Origin: Bdellovibrionales bacterium
GTDB lineage: Bacteria; Bdellovibrionota; Bdellovibrionia; Bdellovibrionales; JAGQZY01
Assembly (NCBI GenBank): GCA_964230645.1
Contig: CAXRHT010000002.1
Coordinates: 736,001 to 800,000 of the forward strand
DNA length: 64,000 nt
Direction of reading: 5' to 3'
Positions 40,896 through 51,394 of the stretch are shown piece after piece. The notes beneath the pieces are model-generated. The model had not been told where the DNA came from and did no database searches. It was given only the letters and a program-made list of their open reading frames with translations. The position numbers and the translations under genes are program-made. How positions within the stretch are numbered: position 1 is the first letter of the stretch; each line of letters opens with the position of its first letter.

Positions 40896-40937
40896 GCTTT
40901 ATTTTTGCACTATTTTTGTTCAGTTCCAGGAAGGGAG

Positions 40938-41252
40938 TTATTTCTTTTTAGATCCCTGACAATCGGGGGAGCGAAACTCTCCCTCTTGAGCTTCAAACTC
41001 TTGAGGAGTTAAAAGGCGCATAGTGAAAGCGTGAAGCCCGTTATCGAATTCTTTTTCTAGAAGACCTTGGACTTTTCTGTGGCGCTGCACCCGGCTCATA
41101 TCTTCGAAGTCTTCAGTGACCAAAAGAAGTTTGAAATGAGACTCCATACCTTTTCGACCGGCATGCTGATGACTTTCGTCTTCAAGTTCGCACTGCTCCC
41201 AGTTAGGAAACCTCTCTTTGACTATTTTCTCAATACGATCAATGCGCGCCAA
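40938..41252 (-). CDS. bolA: BolA family protein
   Basis: DESHQH, ESHFK, F..MSRVQRHR, GLHA. Confidence 0.92.
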   Translation of the reverse strand: MARIDRIEKIVKERFPNWEQCELEDESHQHAGRKGMESHFKLLLVTEDFEDMSRVQRHRKVQGLLEKEFDNGLHAFTMRLLTPQEFEAQEGEFRSPDCQGSKKK

Positions 41253-41922
41253 CCGGTATCACCTTTCTTAAAACTTTCGGATTATAGTCACCCGCAAAAG
41301 GAGAGGCTTCGTGTTGGATTAAAAAGTCCTCAAAACGTCTTAATTGTTTCTTGGCCTTATTGATCGTCCGACCTAATTTGACTTCACCGACAGCTATGGT
41401 TTCACACGTGTCGCGACGGCCCACCAGCACATCAAGTTCGCCGATGGTTTGTGGAGAATAACTCTCATGATACTGTACACTTCCGGTGATAAAATAGAGA
41501 TTTTCTGGAAATTCTTGATAGAGATGGTGAATGGCCAAGGATTCTAAAACTTCTCCTTCTGATTGAAAATCAAAGCCCTGCTCATCGTAATTACTCATTA
41601 TGATGTCGAGGTCTCGTTTAAGTTGAGGGCTTTTTTGAATTTTCTCATAAAGCTCGTAGTTTTCGATGCCAAAGGAATAGTCTTTAAGATAGTGCCACAA
41701 GATTTTAGCATTCTGTCTTTCTATCGGATATTCGAAGGTAAACCCCATGGAAAGAGCGCCTTTACGACCCACATAAAATTTTTCACTTGGAATCTGAAAG
41801 AAAACCAGTCTTGGCTCTTTGCAGTTGTCGGGAAGGCTTAAGTCTTCACGAAGAGGTGTAAAGTAAGGGCCTGCATGCCCAAAGGAAACAAAGGTGAGAA
41901 TCCACGCCAAAACAACAACCAT
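41239..41922 (-). CDS. Exported protein with PD-(D/E)XK-like motifs
   Basis: Signal peptide ending GHA; GEVLE...GELDVLV...GEVK. Confidence 0.55.
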   Translation of the reverse strand: MVVVLAWILTFVSFGHAGPYFTPLREDLSLPDNCKEPRLVFFQIPSEKFYVGRKGALSMGFTFEYPIERQNAKILWHYLKDYSFGIENYELYEKIQKSPQLKRDLDIIMSNYDEQGFDFQSEGEVLESLAIHHLYQEFPENLYFITGSVQYHESYSPQTIGELDVLVGRRDTCETIAVGEVKLGRTINKAKKQLRRFEDFLIQHEASPFAGDYNPKVLRKVIPVGAH

Positions 41923-42079
41923 AATAAACCCCCGTATTTTTTGTTTAAATCAAAATTCCCTTCCTTTGACAAGTTTTGATTTTGTTGGACTCAGTCGCAC
42001 CCGGACTAAGATGAATTTTTAGGCGAATTTACCAAAAAGGCCTTTCCTAAGTGATTGAATTTGCTAGAATACTCATCAG

Positions 42080-43432
42080 ATGCCTGAAAAATTTAAAACC
42101 CAAGCCCAAGGAGCCCACTACTTAGTCTTTCAAGGACTGCTGCTTTTGGCTTTTATGTTCCATCAATTTGAGGACTGGCGCGATCGCCCTTACGCTTTCT
42201 TTTCCCTAGCCTGCCTTTTGCTTTTTGTGCTTTTAAAAAAATACCGCCAGTTTGTTTTTCTTTTCTTTCTTGTCGTGGGCTCGGCCCGCTATATTTATCT
42301 TTTTCCAAACCTTGCCAATCACTCAAACCTCAATCTTTTTCTTTTTCTGGCTATTCTCCCCTATCAATGGACTCTAACTCGGGGAAAGACAGCTCCTAAA
42401 CTTGAAAACCTAATGAGTCTATTGCGCTCATTAATCTTTGTGCTCTACTTTTTCACCTTCTTTCACAAATTTAACTGGGACTTTCTTTTCCCGGGCACAA
42501 GTTGTGCCAGCAGTAAACTACAAGACTATATTGATCTTATCCCCCATTCTTGGACGAGCTTAAGATACTTTGCTTACAAATCAGGGCCTTGGTTTGGACT
42601 TATTATTGAGGGGATCATTCCACTGACTCTTCCTTTTAAGCAAACAAGAAGGTTTGCTCTCTTTTTTCTTATAGGTCTGCATTTTCTCCTAGCTCCTATG
42701 GGCTTTACCGACTTCTCAAGCCTCGCTATGGCCATGGCCTGGTGCTTTGTTGATGTTCAAAAATTAAAAACGGATCAGCTAGAACGACATTTAAGCCACT
42801 TGATTGGCTTTTGTTTATTTTTCGAATTGATCTTTGCTTTCTCTCGCTTTCCTAGTGGGCGGGAGTCCAATGAAATGCTCGAGGGCTTTCTTTTTGCTTT
42901 AGCCTACACCCCTTTTCTTCTCATTCACTTCTGGGGCCAGGTCGACCGCTCTTCATTGAAAATACCACCGAGCCCTTTTGGAAAAGCTTTTATTTTGATC
43001 GTTTTTCTTTTTGGTTTTAACAACTACCTAGGGCTAAGAACGGCCGGTAATTTTTCAATGTTTTCTAATCTTGTCACCGAAGGGGAGCGTGGCAATCACG
43101 TGCTTCTTGGCAATAATCCTTTTAAAATTTTTGGCTTTCAAGAGGATGTGGTGAAAATTTTGAAAGTGAACGCCCATGGCAGAGATGTTTATAAAAATAT
43201 GCCCATGAAAGGCCAACTTATTCCAAGAGTGGAGTTTTCTCGTATCCTTGATGTCTACCGCGAATGGGGCTACCAGCGGGTTTCTATGACAATCTTATAC
43301 GAAGGGGAAGTGAGACAAACCTCTTCTGCTGGCTTTGATGAAAATTTTGATTTGCCCTCTCCTTGGATCTACAAGAAACTTCTTAAATTTCGTGCGATTC
43401 AACCCAGCGGAAGACAATACTGCTATTGGTAA
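42080..43432 (+). CDS. Multi-pass membrane protein (HTTM-like)
   Basis: About 10 TMs; ANH, FHKFNWDF, FSMFSNL. Confidence 0.6.
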   Translation: MPEKFKTQAQGAHYLVFQGLLLLAFMFHQFEDWRDRPYAFFSLACLLLFVLLKKYRQFVFLFFLVVGSARYIYLFPNLANHSNLNLFLFLAILPYQWTLTRGKTAPKLENLMSLLRSLIFVLYFFTFFHKFNWDFLFPGTSCASSKLQDYIDLIPHSWTSLRYFAYKSGPWFGLIIEGIIPLTLPFKQTRRFALFFLIGLHFLLAPMGFTDFSSLAMAMAWCFVDVQKLKTDQLERHLSHLIGFCLFFELIFAFSRFPSGRESNEMLEGFLFALAYTPFLLIHFWGQVDRSSLKIPPSPFGKAFILIVFLFGFNNYLGLRTAGNFSMFSNLVTEGERGNHVLLGNNPFKIFGFQEDVVKILKVNAHGRDVYKNMPMKGQLIPRVEFSRILDVYREWGYQRVSMTILYEGEVRQTSSAGFDENFDLPSPWIYKKLLKFRAIQPSGRQYCYW

Positions 43433-43452
43433 AGCATTACGATGCTAAAGGC

Positions 43453-44172
43453 TCAAAGGGATAGATCTGCTATTAGGGGCTTGTGATCAGAAAGTCTTTT
43501 CCAAACATCCCGCCTCGGTGACCAAAGCTTGCGAACCTGCATGCCATGGATATAAATACGATCAAGAGGAAGTATGGGAAGAGTGGCCGGATAAGTGTTA
43601 ACGGGTCTTGGGGTCTTTTGAAAATTTAACTCATGGTCACCAAAGACTCGGCGAATCTCTTTATCAAGCTTACGATTCCAATCATTAAAATCCCCACAAA
43701 AAATAAGAGGAATTTCAGAGGTTGAACCCTCACTCATAATGCGAGCTAAATTCTCCAATTGTCGATTTCTAGCCTTTTGGAACAAATCGAGATGAGTGGA
43801 ATAAAGTTGCAGCTTCTTTTCTCCGACCATAATTCGACAAGACAAAAGCCCTCTTTTGGCCATACGGGTCTCAGAAATATCGAGATTGTTTGAAGACTCG
43901 ATGGGGTATCGACTTATCACTGCGTTACCATGTCGTCCCTTGCGGGTTTTGGCATTAAATCCGTAGGCATGGTACTTTAACTCTTGAGTTGAAAAAATAT
44001 TGAGGGACGCTTCTTCTTCCTGGCTGACTAAGCTCAAATCAGGAAACTCCTGTAGAACGAGTATATCAGGCTCGAGCTTCCAAAGAGCTTGAGCCATTTC
44101 CTCTTGTACGTGGCGTCCAAGTACAAGACTGCGTCCTTTAAGCATATTGTAGGATACGATTCTAAGTTCCAA
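43453..44172 (-). CDS. Endonuclease/exonuclease/phosphatase family (YbhP-like)
   Basis: SYN, LQE, GNAVISR, GDFN, LDRIY, SDH. Confidence 0.9.
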   Translation of the reverse strand: MELRIVSYNMLKGRSLVLGRHVQEEMAQALWKLEPDILVLQEFPDLSLVSQEEEASLNIFSTQELKYHAYGFNAKTRKGRHGNAVISRYPIESSNNLDISETRMAKRGLLSCRIMVGEKKLQLYSTHLDLFQKARNRQLENLARIMSEGSTSEIPLIFCGDFNDWNRKLDKEIRRVFGDHELNFQKTPRPVNTYPATLPILPLDRIYIHGMQVRKLWSPRRDVWKRLSDHKPLIADLSL

Positions 44173-44173
44173 A

Positions 44174-45277
44174 TTAAAGCCTCTTTTCTAGATAAACCAC
44201 AAGACCACTGATGATTCGTTGCCAAAAACTCATCTTGATGTCGTCAATTTCCACAGCTCTTGAATTATTCATCTCAGCTTCCACTTTCTCTATAATGACA
44301 TCCTTTGAGATCTTATCTTGTATATAATAGTCCACCTCTAAATTAGTAAAAAGGCTGCGGTGATCCAAATTGCTACTTCCCACAATAACTCGATCGTCGA
44401 TCACTGAAACCTTCATATGAAGAAAGTTTTTCCTGTATTCATGGATCTTCACTCCCCTTTTTAAAAAAATGGGATAGTAATAGCGGGCGACCCATTTCAT
44501 AAAGGGAATATCCACTTTTTCAGGAAGCAGTAAGCGCACATCCACTTTTCTGTTGGCTGCGGTTAGAAGATGCTTGATTAGAAAAACCGACGGTAGGAAG
44601 TAAGGACTTACAAACCAAAGTCTTTTTTCAGCGCCCTTTATAGCTTTATAAAGCTTATTGATATTTTTTCTCCTGACATTGAAATTAAAATTCCAACGCA
44701 AGAGTTCTGTGTGTGGCATGTCGTGTGGCTTTTTTTTCTTGAATGGTACCAGTGATTGGCTATTAAGATCGCGTGATCTCGACCACGTGTAATCAAAATA
44801 CCATTGCAACTCTCTTGTGGCGTATTGAGTTGCCAGTCCAAGCTCAGTTTGCTTAAGGGAGGTTTCTGTAAAATTGATACTTCCCAAAAAGGCCCGCTCC
44901 TGATCAATCACAACCAGTTTCTTGTGATCTCTTCGGTTGATTTTTGACATCAGCTTTAATCCATAACGAGACCAGTTTCTGGGATTGAGAAACCAGTAAT
45001 GCGGGATGGGGTTAAATACCCTGACCTCAAAATTGGGGGTTGAAACCTGAGGCTGTACACTTTGAATCCATCGCTTAGCGCCAAAACCATCGACCAAGAG
45101 CCGGCACTGCACCCCCCTTCTGGCTGCGTTTTGAAGCTCTTCGATCAATTCATTTCCCACCGCATCGGGACTTAATATATAAACATTCACATCCACCTGG
45201 TGCCGAGCCCTTCGAATGGCCTCAAAAACATGATCAAAGTATTTTCTAGAATCCAAAAAGACTGTCTCAGAGTTCAT
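44174..45277 (-). CDS. Cardiolipin synthase ClsB-like phospholipase D
   Basis: Two HKD motifs (HKKLVVID, HMKVSVID) and GSSNLD; adjacent to a YbhP-like gene. Confidence 0.88.
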   Translation of the reverse strand: MNSETVFLDSRKYFDHVFEAIRRARHQVDVNVYILSPDAVGNELIEELQNAARRGVQCRLLVDGFGAKRWIQSVQPQVSTPNFEVRVFNPIPHYWFLNPRNWSRYGLKLMSKINRRDHKKLVVIDQERAFLGSINFTETSLKQTELGLATQYATRELQWYFDYTWSRSRDLNSQSLVPFKKKKPHDMPHTELLRWNFNFNVRRKNINKLYKAIKGAEKRLWFVSPYFLPSVFLIKHLLTAANRKVDVRLLLPEKVDIPFMKWVARYYYPIFLKRGVKIHEYRKNFLHMKVSVIDDRVIVGSSNLDHRSLFTNLEVDYYIQDKISKDVIIEKVEAEMNNSRAVEIDDIKMSFWQRIISGLVVYLEKRL

Positions 45278-45312
45278 AGACACCCGCACCACCAAGAGAT
45301 AAGACTAATGAG

Positions 45313-45756
45313 ATGAGTGAAGGTGAAACTATCGACAAAACATTTTTCCAATGGATCGAACAATTCATTACGATTTTTCCTACAGAGTTTCTTATCACTC
45401 TTTCCTTTCTGTCTTTATTAACTCTTCTCCTTACTCCGCTTTACTTGAAACAGCTTCCTCAAGATTACTTTATACGTCTTGAAAGTCAAAGCTCTCCCTT
45501 TTTCCTGCGCTGGACAAGAAATATTATAGGCGTCCTTTTTATCTTCGCCGGACTCTTAATGCTTGTCCTCCCAGGGCAAGGTTTATTGACCTTGTTAATT
45601 GGGCTTTGCCTTATTGAGTCCCCGCTGAGAAAGGGGCTTATCAAAAAACTCACTCAGTCCGAGAGTTTTCGAGGTAAAATCAATAAACTAAGGCGCTCAC
45701 TAGGTTCTTCGCCGTTTCTCTGGCCCGAGGACGTCAAAAAAACTTTGGACCCTTGA
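45313..45756 (+). CDS. PGPGW-type small membrane protein
   Basis: LPQDYF, RNIIG, LPGQGLLT. Confidence 0.75.
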   Translation: MSEGETIDKTFFQWIEQFITIFPTEFLITLSFLSLLTLLLTPLYLKQLPQDYFIRLESQSSPFFLRWTRNIIGVLFIFAGLLMLVLPGQGLLTLLIGLCLIESPLRKGLIKKLTQSESFRGKINKLRRSLGSSPFLWPEDVKKTLDP

Positions 45757-45880
45757 TTCGACTCAATGCCCTCTCAACCTAAGATTTGTTGAATAGTTAA
45801 AATTTGCTAAACAGGCAATTGATGAATTTATAGGCCCTTATTGCCTAAACTAAGCGTTGAACTCAATCAAGGAGATGTCA

Positions 45881-46519
45881 ATGCAACAAATTCTTGTGAG
45901 CCTCTTAGCTATGATTCTAACCTACCCAATATTTGCTAAAAGCACATCGAAACTGCAAAAAGCCTATGATGGTGAAACCATCACGGTGTCAGGGAAAGTC
46001 ACCTCTGTTAACGCCGATGCCTTTCGCCTGAAAACGAAGAACAAGAGTATCATCGTCGAGATGGACGACTGGGACGCTGATGCCGATGGTTTTAAATTGA
46101 AAAAAGGCGACCGAGTGGTCGTACGAGGTGCGGCTGATAAGGATCTTTTTCAAAAAAACCGATTGGAAGCTGGCAGTGTCTACGTTGAAAACCTAAACTC
46201 TTATTTTTACGCCAGCGCCGCAGATGAGGAAGAGGCTCCCGTCCTACTGAGCACTAGTATCTACAACACTCAAAAACTTCCGGAGGGCGCCTATGTGGAC
46301 CTCATCGGTAGAGTCGACTCAGTTGTAGGCAGGGCTTTTACAATCGACACGGGAGTTCGGGAGGTAAACGTCAACACTGGTGACTTGATTTTTAACCCTC
46401 TCGACGACAAAGGCCAGGTGCAAGTGGATGTTGGCGATCAAGTTCGCCTCGGAGGGCTTGTCGATGATGGCTACTTCAATAAGCGCTCAATCAAAGCGTC
46501 CTATATTCAAGAATTGTAA
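45881..46519 (+). CDS. Exported tandem OB-fold (BOF/YdeI-like) protein
   Basis: Signal peptide; two repeats of G.V..V....F.....I.V...GD.V.V.G. Confidence 0.65.
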   Translation: MQQILVSLLAMILTYPIFAKSTSKLQKAYDGETITVSGKVTSVNADAFRLKTKNKSIIVEMDDWDADADGFKLKKGDRVVVRGAADKDLFQKNRLEAGSVYVENLNSYFYASAADEEEAPVLLSTSIYNTQKLPEGAYVDLIGRVDSVVGRAFTIDTGVREVNVNTGDLIFNPLDDKGQVQVDVGDQVRLGGLVDDGYFNKRSIKASYIQEL

Positions 46520-46546
46520 AACATAAAAAAATGAAAGGATCTTAAA

Positions 46547-47149
46547 ATGAACGAAAAGACAATCAACCCAAATAGGTTTCAAATGGGACGCTCAATTCGT
46601 CAAAAATTTGAAGATCGACCGGGATGGCTTTACTTCATTGGAGCCACGCATATCCTTGTGGGAACTGTCGCACTGCTCATGCCTTTTGTCGCCTCTTTGG
46701 CAGTGGAAATCACCATAGGAGTTTTACTAACTATCTCCGGTTGTTTTTACGCTTACAAAACCATTATGAGCCAAAGAAAAACCCAAGCGGCCACAAATTT
46801 TCTCCTCTGTCTCTTCTCGTTTGGAATTGGACTAAGTTTCCTGGCCGTCAGTGGTTTGGGTCGATTAAGTCTAACGACAGTTGCAGCTGTTCTCTTTCTA
46901 GTTATCGGTGGAGCGCGCTTGGCTGAAACATTTAGCTCGGATCCCGTTGTCGGTAGAGGTTGGCTCGTGCTGTCCGCCGTAATGAATTTCGCCCTTGGAG
47001 GGCTTATTCTTTTTGGTCTCCCAGGAAGTGCCTTCTGGATGCTGGGAATTCTCCTTGGTGTGGACTTCCTTTTTATTGGATTTCATATGGTAGGCCTTGG
47101 CCTTGAAGTCAGTCGGACGAGCCCGCAAACGGCTCCATCGGCGGCCTAG
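46547..47149 (+). CDS. HdeD/DUF308 family membrane protein
   Basis: Six TMs; RGWLVLS, W.LG.LLGVD. Confidence 0.85.
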   Translation: MNEKTINPNRFQMGRSIRQKFEDRPGWLYFIGATHILVGTVALLMPFVASLAVEITIGVLLTISGCFYAYKTIMSQRKTQAATNFLLCLFSFGIGLSFLAVSGLGRLSLTTVAAVLFLVIGGARLAETFSSDPVVGRGWLVLSAVMNFALGGLILFGLPGSAFWMLGILLGVDFLFIGFHMVGLGLEVSRTSPQTAPSAA

Positions 47150-47181
47150 AGTATCTCTTATTAGATCGACAATGCCTCTGA

Positions 47182-49236
47182 TTAAAGGGAGTTGTCGATC
47201 TTTTGTTTTTCCATATTTTGCGCCAATTGCGATTTTAGTTTTTCAAGCAAATCCGTTTTTGAATCCTCACTCACTGGGCGATACCCTGAAGGATAATGCT
47301 CGTAGAACTGAGGATCAATCTCGGAGAGAAAACGAGAGGGTAAAACTTCTCGCAACTTGCCATGCCTCTTACGAAGTCTCGTATGAGTCATAATCAAATG
47401 TTCCTTAGCTCTGGTCACACCCACATAAAAAAGTCGGCGCTCTTCAGCAATATCAGAACCAAGACGTTGATGGGGAATTAAATCCTCCTCCACTCCAATC
47501 ACAAAGACGATAGGAAATTCAAGACCCTTAGCCGCATGCATAGTCATTAGTTGCACTTCATCTTTTTGCCCTGATTCAAGCTCGCTCTCATACTCCCTTA
47601 GGAGCATCATATCGATAAAATCTTTAAGACCCGACTTTTTTTCTTTTTTCTTTTGCATGAAGTTATTAAAAACGCGCGCAAAAATTTCCACCGAGTTCCA
47701 TCGTTTTTTAAGGGCTTCGTCATTTTTACAAAACTTAGATAAATATTTCCTGTAGCCAATGTCGTGAAGGAAACGCACCAAAAAGCGCTCCCAATCCATA
47801 CTTTCATTGGTTAAAAAGGGAGCCCTGAGTTTTTCCAGGTCTTCAAGAAAACTAGCAATCCCTGTTCTCCCTCCTTGATTGATAAAATCGTAGTGTCTGG
47901 AAAGTTTAAGAGCTTGCAGAAAACTCATCTCCTCTTTTCTCGAGAGCATATACTCTTCGACCTTTTTTATGGTCTCATCACCCACACCACGATTGGGAAC
48001 GTTTACCACCCGTCTTAAACTCACCTCTTTGGCCATAAACACACAGACTAGGTAAGCCAGAATATCTTTCACCTCTTTTCTATCGAAAAAAGCGGTTCCC
48101 CCAGAAATCTTATAGGGAATCTGCATCTGTCTAAGCTCGGTTTCTAAGAACCCCCCTTGGCCGTTCGAGCGATAAAGAACAGCCATGTCCTTAAACGCCA
48201 CACCCTCCCTGTGATAGTTGTCAATGAGGCGCGAGACTTGCTGAATCTCCTCTTCGTCGTTCTCATATACAAACACCTCTGGTACCGCTTGCCTGTCCCA
48301 TTGGGATTGGGCTTTCAATACTTTACCGTGGCGATCTTTGTTTTTTGCGATCACGTCATTGGCAAGATCAAGAATCGGTTTTGATGAGCGATAGTTTCTA
48401 TTCAGCTGAATCACCTCACAGTTGGGAAACATTTTGGGAAACTCTAGAATGTTTTTAACCCGTGCGCCCCTCCAACCGTAAATGGCCTGATCGTCATCAC
48501 CGACAACAACAAGGTTATGAGTTTGGTTGACCAACATTTTTAAAAGCTTCATTTGAGTTTCATTAGTGTCTTGAAACTCATCGACCATAAAATACTGAAA
48601 TAGATTTTGGACTTTAGCTAACACCTCTGGGTGTCTTTCAAAAAGCTCAATAGGAAGAGAAAGGAGGTCTTCAAAGTCGACCACTCCCAGTGCTCTTTTG
48701 CGGCTTTCGTATTTTGGCAGCAACACTTTGGCCACATCCAAATAGTCTTCTTGTTCAATGACTGTGGCATGGGGATTGACCTTATAGGTCTGCATAATAT
48801 CCAAGAGCTTATCGACTTGGAAAGAATTTTTCCCAGTATTGGCCACCTTAGTGAGCAGCTCTCTCACAATCCCCTGACAATCCGAAGTGTCAGCCACATG
48901 AAAGCGAGGATTCAGATCAATACGACGCCAGTACTTTCTCAAAAGCTGTAAACCGAAGGAATGAAAGGTTCCAGCCCAAAGGGCTTTACCTAAATTACCT
49001 CGACCAATCTGATCGCGAACTCGGTGCTTCAGCTCCTTAGCGGATTTGTTGGTAAAGGTTAAAACGCAGATACCGGGCGGATTTTCAGGCCTTTCTCCAA
49101 GGAGTCTTGCCACCCTTGAAACCAACACTCGAGTTTTTCCGGAACCCGCTCCTGCTAAGATTAGCAAAGGACCTTCGTTATGGGCGACAGCCTGGCGTTG
49201 TTCGGGATTTAAATTTTCTAAATCAAATGAGCTCAT
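47182..49236 (-). CDS. Rep/UvrD family DNA helicase
   Basis: AGAGSGKT, TFHS, DEFQD, GDDDQAIYGWRG, NYRS, HAAKGLEF, EERRLFYV. Confidence 0.95.
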   Translation of the reverse strand: MSSFDLENLNPEQRQAVAHNEGPLLILAGAGSGKTRVLVSRVARLLGERPENPPGICVLTFTNKSAKELKHRVRDQIGRGNLGKALWAGTFHSFGLQLLRKYWRRIDLNPRFHVADTSDCQGIVRELLTKVANTGKNSFQVDKLLDIMQTYKVNPHATVIEQEDYLDVAKVLLPKYESRKRALGVVDFEDLLSLPIELFERHPEVLAKVQNLFQYFMVDEFQDTNETQMKLLKMLVNQTHNLVVVGDDDQAIYGWRGARVKNILEFPKMFPNCEVIQLNRNYRSSKPILDLANDVIAKNKDRHGKVLKAQSQWDRQAVPEVFVYENDEEEIQQVSRLIDNYHREGVAFKDMAVLYRSNGQGGFLETELRQMQIPYKISGGTAFFDRKEVKDILAYLVCVFMAKEVSLRRVVNVPNRGVGDETIKKVEEYMLSRKEEMSFLQALKLSRHYDFINQGGRTGIASFLEDLEKLRAPFLTNESMDWERFLVRFLHDIGYRKYLSKFCKNDEALKKRWNSVEIFARVFNNFMQKKKEKKSGLKDFIDMMLLREYESELESGQKDEVQLMTMHAAKGLEFPIVFVIGVEEDLIPHQRLGSDIAEERRLFYVGVTRAKEHLIMTHTRLRKRHGKLREVLPSRFLSEIDPQFYEHYPSGYRPVSEDSKTDLLEKLKSQLAQNMEKQKIDNSL

Positions 49237-49266
49237 AAATTAATACCGGACTAAATTGCGATGTTA

Positions 49267-50049
49267 TTAGAAAATGTCTAAGACCACTTTAACAATCAGA
49301 AAAGTGAGTAGAAAAGCCAATAATAGCGATTTGATTTTAAAAGGCAATTTGTTTTGGTGAGGTCGAAAGAAATGGCTAAAAAAGCCAGCACAAAGGAAAA
49401 CGCCCAAAGCAATGTCCCAGCGTATCAAGCCCCACTGGTTCCATTTGACAACATGGCCTGAGAAAATAAAGGTCAGTGACGCAGCCAAAGTGGTAAACAT
49501 CATATTGGCATTGGCCGTGGGCACAAGCTGATGAGGAAAAACGAGGCGTAAGAAAATCATCACAGGTGACAAGATCACACCAGCTCCCACGCCAGCAAAA
49601 CCTGAGGTCAAACCAGCTAGAGCTCCCCCACCACCAGCAAGAATTTTTTCACGCACGCCGAAATCTTTTATGGGTCGATATTCTTTTTTAGAAAAGCTTG
49701 TCAGAAAAGTTTTAAGCGCTACTAGAATTAACAGAAGGACGAGGACTGTTAAGATCAAATCGCCGTCCGCTTTTTGAGAAAGACGGGCTGCGATCACAGC
49801 AAAAATGGCGGAAAAAGGTCCCATAAGCTTTACCACGGGCCAATTGACGACCTTCATTTTTGAAAATTTGTAGGTGTTTTCAGTAACCACAAATACAATG
49901 GTTAGAAGACTTGTTGCAACTGCCTCATGAACACTGAGGCCAAACAATGTGGGTAGTAAGGGGACCAGGAGAATTCCTCCACCGAGTCCAATAAATACAC
50001 TAACTAAGGAAACGCACAATCCCATGAGCGGGATCGTTAAAAAGATCAT
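49267..50049 (-). CDS. TauE/SafE family exporter
   Basis: GLGGG..LVP, AVATSL, G..GVGAG. Confidence 0.85.
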   Translation of the reverse strand: MIFLTIPLMGLCVSLVSVFIGLGGGILLVPLLPTLFGLSVHEAVATSLLTIVFVVTENTYKFSKMKVVNWPVVKLMGPFSAIFAVIAARLSQKADGDLILTVLVLLLILVALKTFLTSFSKKEYRPIKDFGVREKILAGGGGALAGLTSGFAGVGAGVILSPVMIFLRLVFPHQLVPTANANMMFTTLAASLTFIFSGHVVKWNQWGLIRWDIALGVFLCAGFFSHFFRPHQNKLPFKIKSLLLAFLLTFLIVKVVLDIF

Positions 50050-50465
50050 GGCTCGCGACGATGCATAAGGGTCTTCATACCCTCTTCAAAGCAAACTTCG
50101 ATTTTCCGGTTGTGAGACTCTGTGATCACTCCAATTCCGAAAGTGGGATGATCGATCACAGTGTCTGCTCGGTAAGATCCACGAATGGAGTAAACCTCAG
50201 GGGGAAGGTCAGAATATTTTTCCTGTAATTCCTTCCAAGTCTCTTCATGCTTTGAAGCCGACTTTGTCTTGCGGGTTTTCTTCTTCGTTTTCTTCTTTGC
50301 AGCCATTTGACTTCCTATTTTGTATTTCTTCTTTGATCCGCAAACCTCACACTCAAGTTTGGCCTCCGTCTCAGACAGGTGAGCCAGTACCTTATGGTAT
50401 CGTTCGGCATCACATTTATTACATGGATAGTAAAAGTTCTTTGCAACAGCGGGGAGTTTTTCCAT
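50046..50465 (-). CDS. Zinc-ribbon protein with basic linker and Tudor-like C-terminus
   Basis: CNKC...CEVC; KKKTKKKTRK; IDHPTFGIGVI...IEVCF. Confidence 0.7.
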   Translation of the reverse strand: MEKLPAVAKNFYYPCNKCDAERYHKVLAHLSETEAKLECEVCGSKKKYKIGSQMAAKKKTKKKTRKTKSASKHEETWKELQEKYSDLPPEVYSIRGSYRADTVIDHPTFGIGVITESHNRKIEVCFEEGMKTLMHRREP

Positions 50466-50521
50466 TCACGTAGTGTAGCAGCTCTCAGGGCTTCTCGCTA
50501 AGGACTATCCCTTTCGACGCA

Positions 50522-51394
50522 TCACTTCACGGGCTGAAAGAGGTTCAGAGGCGCACCCACGTCTTTGGCCAAAATTTCCTGAGAATTGAGAAAGAAGGGA
50601 CCTTTTCCACTTTCAAGGGAGGTCTGTAGATCAATAAGGCTCTGATCCTCTTTCGGTTTAATCGTGCGGCCAGAGGATTTGAAGTTCTGATCGAATTGCT
50701 CCAAAGGCTCTTTAGAAAAGAAATGAGGCCACATTTGTGGATTGACCTTCACTCGGTAAGTCAGAGTGCGGGCATAAGAGTGTAGAGGTGTATAGGCCGT
50801 TAGAATTTGAAAGGGTCCATAATAAGAGTGCAGCTTGATGGCAGCATTGCCCCACTGTGTGAATCCACAGCAGATATTGACGTTGGCGTACCAAAGACCA
50901 AAGGCTTTAGAGAGAAAGCCTAAACCATAATAGCCTTGCCCTTTTGGAAGTAAAGCGTTCACAGAACAAAGGTTGTGGGCCACCCACTCCCCCTCCCGAG
51001 ACATTGTTGGAATAATGATAAAAAGACTGAGGGGCGTCCACTCATGGGTGTCTTTAAGATTCATTTGTTTGCGAATTTCGGGATCAAGAGACTTTGTTTT
51101 AATAGCGTACCCCGCCACAAAACCCGGAGTTACAGCACAATCAAAGAAGACCCACCTGGGCATTGCCATATTCGAAGGGCCGAAGGCTTGCGCTTCTAGC
51201 TGTAAAATCTGATTCCCAAAACCCACCTCATCCATTTCCAGTGGATTGATATAAACAGGCTTTTCACCTTCAAACCAATCCAGACTTCCATGCAAACTCC
51301 CCGGGTCTTTGATTCGATTCTCACTTCGAACAAACACGTAGGGGCGAATATCTGGGTTTTTTAACCAATCAAGGCGAGGATTATCTTTTAGCAT
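50522..51394 (-). CDS. Hypothetical protein, possibly divergent GNAT fold
   Basis: 290-aa ORF overlapping the LOG gene; YYGLG and GNAAIKLHSYYGPF. Confidence 0.6.
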   Translation of the reverse strand: MLKDNPRLDWLKNPDIRPYVFVRSENRIKDPGSLHGSLDWFEGEKPVYINPLEMDEVGFGNQILQLEAQAFGPSNMAMPRWVFFDCAVTPGFVAGYAIKTKSLDPEIRKQMNLKDTHEWTPLSLFIIIPTMSREGEWVAHNLCSVNALLPKGQGYYGLGFLSKAFGLWYANVNICCGFTQWGNAAIKLHSYYGPFQILTAYTPLHSYARTLTYRVKVNPQMWPHFFSKEPLEQFDQNFKSSGRTIKPKEDQSLIDLQTSLESGKGPFFLNSQEILAKDVGAPLNLFQPVK

